DNA of 64,000 nt. Source: Parasitella parasitica NRRL 2501. Lineage: Eukaryota; Fungi; Mucoromycota. Under the pieces are notes generated by a model. It worked only from the letters and a program-made list of their open reading frames with translations, did not search any database and was not told the DNA's origin. This document shows, piece after piece, positions 1 through 13,203 of the stretch; the first letter of the stretch is position 1, and each line of letters begins with the position of its first letter. A program made the position numbers and the translations under genes. The stretch is from contig MU619253.1 in NCBI GenBank assembly GCA_025201805.1, positions 64,202 to 128,201 on the forward strand, in the 5' to 3' direction.

Positions 1-3000
1 CAAGCCATGTTGGTGTTAGTGAGCATGTATTTATGAGACCAAAACAGATAGCGAAACTGAATTACTGCGAAGAACGAGTATTGCGACAAGGCTCTTGTCC
101 GTATTTGCAAAGCAAAATGGCGCGGATTATGTTCGATCCGTGTTGCAGCCCGTATTTACCAAGCTGGCTGAAAAACCACTGGAAGAAAGAACCTTTGAGC
201 TGGATCCCTCTAAGGTTGGCAGTGGTGAAGATGTGTCGAGAAACAAACAGAATGTTGTCAACGCTACGGAAATGTTCCTGAATGCCATCTGTGCCTCTGC
301 TAATGAAGCTCCTAAGGCCTTCCGAGAAGTGTGCCATTGCATATTAACATCTGTGCGCGAGCGTTACCCTGAAGCCAAGTATACAGCAGTGGGTGCGTTT
401 ATCTTTTTGCGTTTCTTTTGTCCTGCGATTGTGTCGCCCGAATCCGAAGGTTTAATCAAACCAAACGTTGTTGTATCTCGCGATATGAAGCGTGGACATT
501 TGATTGCTACCAAAGTAATTCAGAATCTCGCCAACAATGTTCTCTTTGGCGCAAAGGAGACGTATATGATTGTGTTAAATGATTTTCTGACGAGCAACAT
601 CTACAAGGTGACAAGTTTCTTGCGTGAGATATCCAACGTTCCCGCTACTATTACTTCTGCCGTCAACGCTACACCTATGGAGCGCACTAATAGTCTCGGC
701 GTCAAAAATGATACCAATAGTGTAGCTAGTGCCGTAAGCGCTGATGATGCTATGCTCGAAGTACGGCCTATGGAAGATAAGGATTACAGCTGCTTGCATC
801 GTGTGTTGTTTGACAATATGGAACGCATTTCAAGAGAATTGACTACGCGTAGGATGCGACAAAATGCAGATCAAGAAAGCGCTGCGCAATGGAAACGACA
901 GTTTGATAAGTTCTCCAATTTATTGGCCCAATTGGGTAGACCACCAGAGATCTCGAAGCAAGAATTCAGCGGATTAAGGAGCTATACATTTGCTGCTGCC
1001 AATCAGTTGTATGCAGAGTTCATGCGCAGAAATAGCCACCGTAGTGTGGAGTCTATTGTGTCCAAAAACATCTTTTACGAAGGTGGTGTCTCCAAATCCA
1101 ACAGACCAGTATTCTATTTCATTGCTAGAAATATCATTGCTGACAGCATTGATTTCGAGTTGATGGTGTATCACATTTTACAGGTAAGCAAACATAAGGC
1201 TGTGCCTGAATTGCAATTAACCGTATGCGGCAGACAATGGAGCGAGCATCCAACAAGAGCTTGGAGCTTGTGATTGATATGACCTTGTTTAGCCCCGCAA
1301 ATGACATCCCCACTCAATATGTCAGCCAAATCATACAGCTTTTGCCCTTTGACGCATCTGATAACATTGCTTCAATCCTCGTTTATAATCCAAACTCGCA
1401 TTTACGCAAATATGTCAAAAAGCTGCCTCGTCCATTATCACACAAAATGACCAAGCGTACATTTTTTGCGGTGACACTTGCTGAACTGCACGAATATATC
1501 AGCCCTAACGAGCTCCGATTACCCAAATCAACCAGTAAGTGCCCCCTCCCCCTCGAAAAACCTTGATGCACTCTTTGCTTAACACAGGAAACGTATATAG
1601 CATCTCTTGACACTGAGCAATGCCATGTCTTTCATCCTGTGAACCGACTGTCTCAGTACAAGGTCAATATCCCCATAACCATCAAAGTCAGTTCTGAATA
1701 TGTCCAGGTGATGACTGTGCGCAAACAAGAGTTTCTGTATGGTGTATCAACTGTCATCAATGATGTGTTTTTAATTTCTGAAATTGACGATATCACCCTT
1801 GTAACCAATACCCGAAATCAAGAAACTGCCAATGAATTCCATTTCAAATATAACAAAGGGAAATCCCAGCATGTATTTACATCCTTGAAACGAGAAGCTA
1901 TCGTAAATGTAAGTTTATGCTCTTTGAGAACATATTGAGGCCTGGACACTAAACAGACAATACAACTAGACAATTCGCCATAATAAAAGAAGATTAGAAA
2001 TGGCCAAACCAAGTAACATGTCAGAAAGAACGATTAGGCCAAACGATGTGCCTGGTAGACTACTCAATATGGCTCTCTTGAATATTGGAAGTGTTGATCC
2101 CAGCTTAAGACTCGCTGCATACAATCTTTTATACGCTATCAGCATTACTTTCCACTTTGAAGTAGGCAATCAATTACTCGATGCAAGGGACCTCTGTCTC
2201 CCTGCCAATAGCACTGCCTTCATAGTCAGTATCAGCGAAAAAATTGCTCAGAATCAGCAAAACCTGACCCTAGAATTTCTCAGCGAGTGCTTTATTGGCT
2301 TCCAAAAATCGAGCGAACCATTGCGATATTTATGCCTAGATTACATGATGCCCTGGTTACCGAATTTATCCAAATTTTGTCAAAACTCGAGTGTGGAGAA
2401 TGACAAAGATATGGCTAAAACAAAGGAAGTATTGCGAAACTTGATTGACTTGACAGTTGCTCGAACAGACGTAAGTTCTAATGGGATTTATAAATTAGAA
2501 TAACTAGCGCTAATTGTAAACTGGTGAATAGATGTACAAGCTTGTGCAAGCCAAGATTTGGAAGACAATCGGTCAAATAGACGATATTCTCAACCTGGTT
2601 TTGGATTCGTTCATTCAGTTTTCCATCGAGAACGGTGTGGGGTCGCCTCAGGCTGAAGCCATGGCGGATACTTTTGTCACGCTTTCCAATATTGCTGTCA
2701 GAGGAAAAGTTGTTGCCAGACTGCGTAAAGTGCTCCAAAAGACATCGTTTAAGCCGTCAAGATCACTTACCGACCACTGGACATGGAATGAAATTGCAAT
2801 TCTGATTCGCTTTGTATTGATGCTTTCCTTTAATAACCGTGGTCCTGTCAAAAGCTACGTTCCTGAAATCTTTCACATCGTGTCTCTTGTTGTTGGTGTA
2901 GGCCCTACCATCATTCGCGCTTCTGTCCATGGACTCGTTGTCAACATTATCCAATCTTTATGCACAACAATGCCAATTCAAGATGCAAATGTAAAGAAGC

Positions 3001-3282
3001 TTCAGTTGGTTTTGAGCGAGATTTCAGATACAAAATACCGTCTTTTGTTTGGGCTATTCAAAACGCATGCCAACGCATTCACAATCAGCCAGGACACTCT
3101 TACTGATGTGTCAGAGCCCATCCCGCTACTTGCTTTGGAGACAATCGTAAATAATTTGTTAGAAGTGATTACATACAGTGCTCCTTCAGTATGTCTTAAA
3201 TGTGGCAACAATTAATATATCATTCAAGATAAAGCCTATTTCCAGTAATGAAGCTTCTGTATGGTTATTATAGATAAAAATT

Positions 3283-3330
<48 letters not shown>

Positions 3331-4646
3331 TCGCTAAATAGTATACTCACTGAATATATATACAATAATATAGACATGGCTAATGCCTGGAGGGCTAGAT
3401 GGATGAGTCTAGTCGCCAGCACTGCATTCCAATTCAACCCTGCCATTCAACCACAAGCCTTTGTTGTTCTCGGTTGTCTTGGAAGAGAAGAGGTGGACGA
3501 TGACCTTTTGTATCAAATATTGGTGGCTTTACGAGGCGCTTTGGCTATCTTCAATGAATCAGACCCCAATCTGGTTCTCAGCATCATGATGTGTCTCAAG
3601 AACATTGTTGAAAGCCTGCCCTCCGATTCTAGATATCTTTTACCCTTGTTTTGGATAGCAATCGCTTTGGTTGAAATCAATAACGGCCCCACTTTTGCCA
3701 TGGCAATCGAATTACTGCTTGCTATTCTTCGTGCGCTTGACGCTGGTGAATATTTTGCTGGTGACAGCGTAGTCGACGTTCTACTTGCTGCTCGTGAGCC
3801 TTTAGCGAATGTTGCCCGTAAACTTGATCGGTTGTGTGGCGTAAACTTTGACACTCACTTTTCGTTTGCTATTGCCAGTATCTTTTTGAAGGGACTACGT
3901 TACAATAATGCCAAGGAAATCATCTTCCAAGGATTAACGACGTTTCTAGATATCGAATGTAAGCATGCGAACAATGCAAATATCGTGGATTCACAGAATC
4001 TGGGTTATCTTGCTGGCTTGCTGCCAATTGCTGTCAAAAACGAGGCACTCAAAGAGGTTTTGCGTTTGGCTGGATTTAGTGATCCTGATTTCAATTTTAT
4101 CGAGGAACATGACAATGGATACGGTGAATTTAGTACAAACTATCAGGGCGTATTCGAGAGACTGGATATCAACGATGAAACATCGGCCCTACTGTTTATA
4201 TCCATGTTGGCTACTCAATTGCAAATGGTTGAGAATACAAACGAGAGACTCTTTTTGTACAGCTTACTCGCTGAGGCTGCTGGCTCAATGCCTGAAATAT
4301 TTTCAGTTGTGTAAGTGTTGGCCTTAAACAACCTCCCTCCTCCCTCAAACTAACCACAACTCTATTATAAATTTTCAGGTATGATGCGCTTCTCCCCAAA
4401 ATGAATCAAATAGTACTGAGTAGCACAAGCCAACCCATTATCGAATCTGTAAAATCGATTCTTTTAATGGCCTGTTCAGATGCTTCTTTCAGTGATGCTT
4501 CTCGCAAAGCCAATCCTAATCAAAAGGCCTTGTTGGAACGTGTTGGTTTCTCAGCGCTCGGTGACCCTACATTTGGTGCAACTTCTATCAATGTTTTACA
4601 AAACGCAAAACTTGCAAGTGAAATTATCGAATTGATCATCGCCTAG
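1..4646 (+). CDS. NF1: Neurofibromin/Ira-like Ras GTPase-activating protein, 3' part (multi-exon; 5' end outside window)
   Basis: RasGAP signature FLRFFCPAIVSP and KVIQNLAN in ORF 95-1273. Sec14-PH-like region follows (GGVSKSNRPVFY; IRPNDVPGRLLNMALLN), then the NF1 C-terminal HEAT-like region (AWRARWMSLVASTAFQFNPAIQPQAFVVLGCL). GT-AG introns link the ORFs; stop at 4644-4646. Confidence 0.93.
3190..3326 (+). mobile_element. Possible 5'-truncated poly(A)-tailed retroelement fragment at an NF1 exon/intron boundary
   Basis: About 94 nt followed by a ~43-A tract. Removing 3190-3326 restores an in-frame phase-1 47-nt GT-AG intron (3327-3373). Confidence 0.4.
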
Positions 4647-5253
4647 ATTGACTTTATCTAAAACTTTATATATTCATATATATACCTTAATTCTTATTCA
4701 TTAGTTGGCTGTTATTGCTGCTTCTTAACATTTTTCATCTTCAAATTTATAAATCACCAAAAAGAATATACATATTATTGTCCATAATTGCATTCTCAAC
4801 AAAAAATGTGATCATCCCGACTTGACGGCGATGAACAAAGAAATCCTAGCATAGAACCCCAAATGAGGCGATATTACTGTGTAGATAGGATATTTTATAT
4901 TCTGTAATCAAATGCGAAAACTGGTCAACCTTTTAAACATTATGAAAAGCATATAGCAATTTTTATAGAGACGTAGTAGGGTATATAGTGAATGGTGCCG
5001 TAATGTGCAACGGCCTGCAAAGAGGATGAATTGCATTAGCATATCTAAAATTTCAATATTTGATACGCTTCAGGGCTTATTCGTATAAAAACGACGACGA
5101 AACGTTATTATGTAAATCTGTGTTTGTAAGCCAACCATGTCCATCTTTCAAATTCTATATGTATGCTGATCTTCATAGCAAAGAGCTTTATAACCACAAA
5201 AAAAAAAGATTCATTTACAAAATATACATACGCTTTAGGGTCAAGCCAGGAAT

Positions 5254-5921
5254 TTAAGAATAATAATCAGGCTTCTTGATATTAACGCCATAGTCAGCCA
5301 ATGCAGCCGTAAGATCTTCCATTGTTAAAACGGTTTTGCGATCCTGCCAATTCACGCTCGAGTAAGTGAATTGATCGTTAGGGTCTTTTTTCGGCTATTT
5401 TACCTTCCCTGACTTCCTATTTCCAGATTGTCTAACCTTGCAATATTGAAATGCATCTGTAGCTATGTCAGCAACAAACTTTTGAGTCGCCAAAGCCAGT
5501 AAACGCTTACTAAAGTAGATCAGATCAATTTACTATGTAGTGGTAGCCTTCAAGGATAGTTTCTTACATTCGAATGTCGTCGCAATCCAATCCAGATTTA
5601 TCAAGATAATAGTCAGAGACTGCATCGGGTATCTATAAATGAAATTATGAGTGCTCCTATGCAGCGACAGGAAGCGTTTGTGCTTACAACAGGCGCGTAA
5701 TTGTCCATCAAAGCAAGAAACTCGGCCATGGTCTTTGATTTCCCTGTGTTGTCTAATTCAAGCCGAGGAACTTCTATCATGGAGGGCTGTGTTGGTGGGG
5801 GAGGCACTTCACTATTGTTATTCAATCTGTTATTCGACGCTCCATGTGTGGGCACTTGGAGCAGATCCAAATTATTGCTGCTGCTGCTGGTGCTGTTGCT
5901 GCTGCCGTTTGCTTCACTCAT
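5254..5921 (-). CDS. TAF10: TFIID/SAGA subunit TAF10
   Basis: Spliced exons give [48 protein letters not shown] and [27 protein letters not shown]. Confidence 0.95.
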
Positions 5922-6561
5922 GATTTCTTGTAATGAAGAAAAAAAAATTGATTACATTGCTAACGTAGTGTTTCCGTCCTGCCTGGTCAAGTCACGTTTA
6001 ACACTGGTTGTAAAGCAAAATCAAACGACCCTGCCCCTTTGAATCAGAAAACAATGAAGCATTTGCACAAATCTCGACCATCCAATTACATATTTTTGAT
6101 GCACAGATTGCTTAATCTATTTATTTATTTTTTTCGATAATTAAAAATAATCAAAATACCTCTGCCGTCTTCATAAAATGCCAGGGCTTACTCATTGCCA
6201 CATCTCCAGCTTTTCTCAGCCCAATGCAACAAAATTAGACAAAAAAAAAGAGGGAAACATAGATACACAGATGTTGCGAAAATGTGCATATAGATATGGT
6301 ATATTGTATCTTTTTAAGTTATTGCTAGTGTACATGAATATACAAGATATTAAGGTCCTCACGTGATATTTAAAAATATATATACTTTATAACATATGGA
6401 AGGCGTTCGTAACACAGATTTATATCTGGGCAAAATGTGAAAGAGGAACCCTTCTTTTCTGTCTCTTCTTTCATTCCTTTCTTTTCTTTTTTTTTTTTTT
6501 CCCAACAATTTTACCAGTTCTATATTTTCACTGTTTAACTCAAATTCTTTCGGGTCTCGTA

Positions 6562-7742
6562 ATGATATCGTCCAATTCAGTGGTTGCAGATGTTAATAAC
6601 AAGACATTACAGCCAGAAGATGATTCAATGTTGCCAATGTATGCTACCATATCTGATGGACCCATCCAAAATAGTAATGTGATGATGGAAAAAACTTCTG
6701 TTCCAGGTTGGTTATACATTCAGACATTATGCAAAATTGTTGACTCTTCTCTTTCGATAGATTTGTTAGTCGAGAACAGTTATAATAGTGGACCCAGTTC
6801 AACCGAAGAAGCCGCATTTCCTCCGACATATGCAGCACTGCCGACAGCTAAACTTGAAGAAGAACCTAATCCATTCGAGCAGAGCTTTGAGAGTGTGGAA
6901 ATGAGTAAAAATCAACAACATCAACATGGTAAAGTGCAAATAATGGAGACATCTTCTATTGACGATGAAAGTGGGTGGATCAGCAATTTGAAATCTGGCA
7001 TTCTACCGCCTCCTATGCTGAGCCGATCAACTAATACAAGCAGAATGGGTAAGTCAACCATTGCTTAATGTATTGTACTGTTATGCTTAATATTGTTATC
7101 TTCATTCTAGTTTACAATTCGACAGTGTCTACATTTGACAATGCATCAGCCATGATGAACCAAACAACGCACGCCGGAAGCCAACAAAAGAGATCAAGAC
7201 AACCTTCTGCTTCAAACAGCTGCTGCTCAGAAGATTCGTCATTCATCATATCAACCCCATTGAAGCCTAAATACAAAAAACCAAGAAAACAAAGGAAACC
7301 TAGTGTGGAACAGCCTGAAGATGAAGAAAAACGAAAGAACTTTTTAGAACGAAATAGAATAGGTAAGAATGTTACACGCTCGAAGAATCTCTGAAAACAA
7401 AAAAGTTACTGACACGAGGCTGCTGTAGCTGCATTGAAATGTAGACAGCGAAAGAAACAATGGCTACAAAATCTTCAAACAAAAGTGGAATTCCTTGCTG
7501 CAGACAACGAGCAGTTTCATATGCAGGCAAATGCATTACGAGATGAGGTTATTCACTTGAAGACATTACTGATGATACACAAAGATTGCTCTATAAATCC
7601 AGCAGCTATCCAGGCTGCGCTGAGTCGACCTATACCTGGTGTCTTTGACCCATCAAACCTCTCTCATTCCGCATTATTAACATCGACTACAAGCTCAAGT
7701 ATGTCTCCACCTCCTTCCAGTAATAAACACACCACGGTCTAA
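6562..7742 (+). CDS. ATF/CREB (Atf1-like) bZIP transcription factor
   Basis: EPNPFEQSF (Atf1 OSM-like motif); basic region EEKRKNFLERNRI|AALKCRQRKKQWL followed by a leucine zipper; several introns. Confidence 0.9.
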
Positions 7743-8815
7743 TCACTCTTTATTAATAAAACTCGTTGTTAAATTTAAAAACTCTTGAGGCTTTTCAGTT
7801 TGTACTATAAATATGATAGAAATTTATGCAAAAAAAATTAACATTGACTCGATTTTTTTTTTTTTTCTTTTACCCCAATGACCTGCTTCCGCAATGTTCT
7901 TAATCATAGAATTTGGAAATTGTGCCTTGATCAAGTTTGGATAGTCGACAAATTGCTTGCGGAAGGGACTTTTTCCACCAGTAATGAATAAAGTAGGTCC
8001 TTGATACAGTCTGGAAACAGGTAAAGGCTCTGTTTCGAATGAGAATCCGCCCAGTTGACTCAGGGCTTGCCCTAAAATGTCAAATGGAATTCGAAACTGA
8101 TAAATGCCTGTGGATCTTGACTTTTTCAAGTTTGTTAGCAGGAACTGACGCACAATTAAATCCGGCTCAAAAGCCTTTAAAATTTCGTCAGCGTCTCTTT
8201 GCCTGGTGAGCTTTCTGGATTGAATATCTCTCATAGCTTGGATGTGATCCGAGTATTCTCGAGTGAGTTGAAGTTTGACGGGTGCCATGTCGACAACTAG
8301 AAGTTTTGATGGAAGCTCTGGGTATCTCAATGAAACGTTCATCACGACTTTTCCTCCCCTGCAATGTTTCATGCTTGAGATTTGACAGGTACTCTGTACA
8401 TCGTGAATCACTTACATGGAATGGCCCATCAACATGGGATTGTCAATATTGTGATCCGTGATGAATCGCAACAGATCATTTCCCATAAGATCGTAGGTAT
8501 GATGCTCATCATGAGGGCTTTCCCCATGATTGCGAGCATCCTATTTAGAACAGGTCAGTGATTTGCTCAAGTCAAATGCGCTTGGGTACTCACGATGGTA
8601 TACACCTCACAGTTACATTGCAAACTGATGGATTTTGCTAATGATCGCCAGTTTTGTTTAGAACCAAATAAACCATGGCATATGATAAGGGGTTGTTTCC
8701 TGGTAATTAGTTTTTCTTGTGTGGGAATATCGTACTTGGTGAACGATAAAGGCACAGATTTGGGAGAAGAAGAATACAATCTTTTAAATTGACCAAGTAG
8801 AATCTTTTTAGCCAT
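7743..8815 (-). CDS. ABHD11-like alpha/beta hydrolase, probably mitochondrial
   Basis: HGLFGSKQNWRSL, DARNHGES, nucleophile motif GHSM|GG across an intron, VVDMAP, catalytic His in AGHW|VQTEKP. Last exon ends INKE* at 7743-7745. Confidence 0.9.
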
Positions 8816-9472
8816 GTGTTGTTCAAAAGATGGAAAAGAGAATGAATAATTTGGCAAACGATTATTTCAGTGTTGTATAATCAATATTGTTGTCGTATCT
8901 TGAAAATGAAAAGAAGAACCATGCTGAAAGTCTGTGCTCTTAAAGAATTCTCTCAATCTCAAGGGATAATTTCCGTCTTTGTTGGTGCTCAATTTCAGAA
9001 AATAAGCAATGCTGTTTAAATGATGGCATTTTTGTTCTGTGGAATACTCAGAAACAAGTGCATTTAAAGATTAATGCTTCTTGGCAGTTTATGCGGAGTC
9101 TTGCAAATCCAAGAAGATGTTGTTACCCCTGGTTTTTACGTTTTTTGTTGGCAAAAAGTATTAAAAGGTTTATTGGTAAAAAAGAAAAAAAAAAAAGAAA
9201 GAACATAAATTTGGTCATATACAGTGTAATTAAATTCATACAAATCAAGGAAAAAGACATAGAGATTATAATGATACATATACAGGAAATAAGCATATAC
9301 TTTAAATAAATGGGAAGAGCATCCCTCGTTGGAGATGATTGTGTTACAAGTTGAATTCTTTGATTTCCAGATGTTCTGTTTCTTTCTCCCAAATGAGTGT
9401 CGAGAGTAATTTGAGACGAATAGAGACGTAGGATAGATAGTGTATGTATATACAATGGTGTTGTTTTTTTAT

Positions 9473-10438
9473 TTATTTTTTTGGTGCTGCTGTTGCTGAA
9501 GCATTGTTTGGTGATCGAGTCGATGTCAAATCCTTCCAAACAAAACAAGAGTTACCAGCGATGTGTGTTTTTGGCTTTCTACCTCTTTTCTTGCGAGGCA
9601 TGTGTAGAATCGTGTCCATGTTTGAGTTGGTAAAGGCATTCATTGCATCATTCATCAAATGTTCGTTATTTGTGTTCGGTAGATGGACAGGCGCATTGTT
9701 GATTCTTTGATCTGCCTGGACCTCTCTTTCTTTCTGCTCTTCAGAGACATGGACATCCCAGACTGTTGGTGCTAAAAACGTCCAGCCACCGTCAAAGTTA
9801 TTTGAATCCCTCGTAGGTGGCCTACCCCTTCTTCTTTTCAAGACGGGCTGGCCAGACGCATCAAACACAATTTGGGTGCTAGGAATTTCATGGGAAGCAG
9901 AGACTGATCGCTGTCTTTGCTTTGGCACTTGCAATTCGTGGTGTAAGGGTGGCGGGGAAGGGGATGCCGACTGAGTAAAGCGTTCATGATGCTGATGACT
10001 ATATGGGTGATGATGATGCGTATATAAATCTTCGCTCAAGGTACGATGTCTGAAAGATTGCAATGGCGGTGCTGATATAGAGGGAAGAGGAGGAGAAGCC
10101 GATAGTATTGAAGCAGAAGACGCAGTTGAAGAAGAGGTGGAGGAGGACGCCGATGGAAAGGGCCATTTATTCAGCATGTGTTTTGGTGATATTGGGCTTG
10201 TTGGCTGTGGAGATGGAGACGGCAGGCGGAGTCTTTGAGGTGGATCATCGCCTTGCAACGGAGGCAGAGAATGGGGAGAATCGATAGGTGATAGTATAGG
10301 TGAGATAATTGAAAGATAGCGTGGTGATTTATCAGAATGTGGTGGTGTCGATGGCAGCAATATAGGCGAGGCAGGCGACAGGTTTAATGCTGGTGGATCA
10401 TGATTATTCGTCAACAGGTTTGAGATGGAAGGCAACAT
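9473..10438 (-). CDS. Pro/Ser-rich protein with two AT-hook-like motifs
   Basis: Single ORF from MLPSISNLL, containing KRRRGRPP and KKRGRKPK motifs. Confidence 0.75.
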   Translation of the reverse strand: MLPSISNLLTNNHDPPALNLSPASPILLPSTPPHSDKSPRYLSIISPILSPIDSPHSLPPLQGDDPPQRLRLPSPSPQPTSPISPKHMLNKWPFPSASSSTSSSTASSASILSASPPLPSISAPPLQSFRHRTLSEDLYTHHHHPYSHQHHERFTQSASPSPPPLHHELQVPKQRQRSVSASHEIPSTQIVFDASGQPVLKRRRGRPPTRDSNNFDGGWTFLAPTVWDVHVSEEQKEREVQADQRINNAPVHLPNTNNEHLMNDAMNAFTNSNMDTILHMPRKKRGRKPKTHIAGNSCFVWKDLTSTRSPNNASATAAPKK

Positions 10439-11844
10439 TGTTGAGGAAGAAAGAAAGAGGGAAAGAGAGAAAAATGTGTCCTTTTGTAAGGTTTGACTTT
10501 GGTACCAAACTAAGAAATTTAATACCAAAGAAGAAGATCGAGAAGGATTCCTCTTGACCAATTAAAGAAAGTTAGGCCCTTTCTGTCGTTTCTTGTACTT
10601 CTCCAATCCAATAATGGTGAAAATTGAAGATCCTCATGTAAGGTAGAGATTTCTTTTAATGTCACCAAATTTCCCAATTAAGCACTAAATATCACACAAG
10701 CAGAACAGGTCTTATTCCTATTAACCATATGGTTTTCAGCTCCAAGATGTTGCTCCTATATTGCAAATTAAAGACACCTGTTTTGGAGGTTGCCATAGCA
10801 ACCTTTTACAGATACGAAAGAAAAAAAAAGATGTGCATCGCTCCACATCACAAACAATATTTCACACACAACAAATAATGGTGCTTTTATAGAAAATTTG
10901 TCAAACAAAAAGTTAACCTCACAAAGAGTGGCGCTGTGTTTTATAGCAATGACAACAAATTAGGGTCTCACGTGGCTATGACCATAATAAATCAAAATAG
11001 AATGAATAGAAAAAGGTAGACGCCTCTCTCTGTTCTATTGATTGAAAATATACATGTAAGAATGTGCATAAAAATGATGTATTATTTAGCTTTTGAGGTA
11101 TCCATCTCTTTTCGATATACATTGCACATTTGAAATATTATTGCATATACCATTTCATTCAGTTCATGTAATTCAACTTTTAATTTCATTTTCTGTACAT
11201 TTAAGAAGAAATTCACTTTAGTAATAAAATGCCCATATTTGTTGTATTTCACCATTTATTTTTAATACATAATTTTGTTTGTGTATATATAGAAAGCGAT
11301 AGTCAGGCAAAACAATTACATTCGTACAAATTGTAAAGTTGTAACCTTTGAGGGTAATATTTGCTTTTGGCAAGAAAGTCAAGTGCTTTTATTATTTATC
11401 TACTAAATCATCTGTAGATCATGCTTTACTACTACCACTAACTTTTATGTCCAAGATCACTGTATCAGCAAATTCACGCTGACCAGCTTGGAAATATAAC
11501 TTGACAACACCTTCATAGCACTTAGTAAAAATACGCGATCAAGAGCAACAAAAAAAGGTATCAACATTCAAGTATTATTTACATCGAATGTATGCAGAGC
11601 GTGCTCTTTTCTTTATACATTTAGAGTAAGTATGGATAGTATAAAAGCGTTATTTGTTTGTTTCGGTAAGGACCAGAACTTCTCCCCCTTGTATTGTAAC
11701 ATCTTTTTTATTTTTAATTGTGTAGCATATCGCCTTCACAACCACCATCACGTCCATTAAATCTCAGCTGTATTCGTGTACATGCTTCTCGTGCTGATCA
11801 CTGTTGTATGAAAACTTCTTTTTTTGATACACAAGTGCCATACG

Positions 11845-12779
11845 ATGTCTACCACTGTGAAATTCACATTGAACGAGTTATTTTCATTTCAGCATAAATT
11901 AAAATCCGAGAAAATACTACAGCAAGGTAATGTACACATTCTAGGGAAGCGATTCTTTTATGCCAATTTAAATTTCACGCACCTAAAGTCGATAAAAGCA
12001 ACCGAAGGCACAACATCTACTTTTCACGGCCGAACGATCCTCGCCATGTGGAGCTGTTTGCAGAAAAGCGGTATCGATGTTCCCAAGGCTACGTAGGCAT
12101 CGTTCGTTGCCATGATTACCAATGTATCGAAGCAATTAAAAAAGGGCTACATCAAATGCCCAATCCAACAACCACGGTTTTATTAGGTGGTTGCTTATTG
12201 AACTCCCTTGATCTCGTTCTAGATAAGGCTGCTACATTGATTATATTATTGAACGCAGGTGATTATGTCCGTCGATCATTCACTGTCAATATGTCATGGT
12301 GTAGGCGAATGTGGGATCTTGCATCTCGAGCGCACATGATATCTCTGACAGGAGTCTATTATTCTGTGTTAGGAGGTGCCTATTGTTCGCTAGGAAAGAG
12401 CAATTTAAAATATGTAAGCATCAGCATGTCCAGCACATCATGTACAAACTGATTCTTGCGATAAACAGGCTTATAAGGCTGGCGCTTTGGCAGTTGAACA
12501 GATCAAATTGGCCAAAATGCTAAAAGACCCGATTTTAGAATGCAAGTGTTGGCTTTATTTCGCGGAAGATTTGATACAATTATACCATGTTGAGAAAGCA
12601 GAAAAGATTATTACGCGCCAAAGGGTATTTGTTGAGCGAAATGGAGATGCAATGGTAAATGTGTGTAAGTGTTGATATGTTTATATGAGACTAAATGCTG
12701 GATATAATAGCTGAGGAGTATGCTGAAGGCTGTAAGTGGCAAACTGAAGATCATCAAACCCAATGTTTGTCGGCAATAA
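11845..12779 (+). CDS. Conserved hypothetical protein, DUF4807-like
   Basis: Multi-exon; SVLGGAYCSLG resembles the DUF4807 STLGG motif, followed by DPILECKCWLYFAEDLIQL. Confidence 0.6.
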
Positions 12780-13203
12780 ATACCCAATTTTAGGTTGTTT
12801 GCCATGACAAAATGCTCGTCAATACCTATTTGCCAATTATGCGATGCTGTCAGTAATAGGAGCTCGAAAAGAAGCTCAGACACAATTTTGGCTCCACTTC
12901 TTCATAATGATAATAAAGGTGCACTATCTATCTGTTGTTGAATATCCTAATATATGGGTTAGTATTTCATTTGTAGGGAATGTTTACCATGATGCAATAT
13001 CCGGTTTATTTGTTCAACAAAAAAAGTGAAATGAGAAGGGAAAGGGGGATGTTCGTTTTAAGAAATAAGTTTATTTCACATAGAGATGCTGAACGGCAAA
13101 CCAGAATTGTATAGCATATAAAATAGCTTGCATTGCTATATTGGTACTTGGTTGTGAAAATGAGACTGCATGTAAACACAGTTGTTGCCTTTGCTGAATA
13201 TAT

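Noticed and set aside
4800-5040. Small hairpins between NF1 and TAF10 (possible snoRNA)
   Set aside because: Only short stems and one ACA-like end; no complete C/D or H/ACA architecture could be supported.
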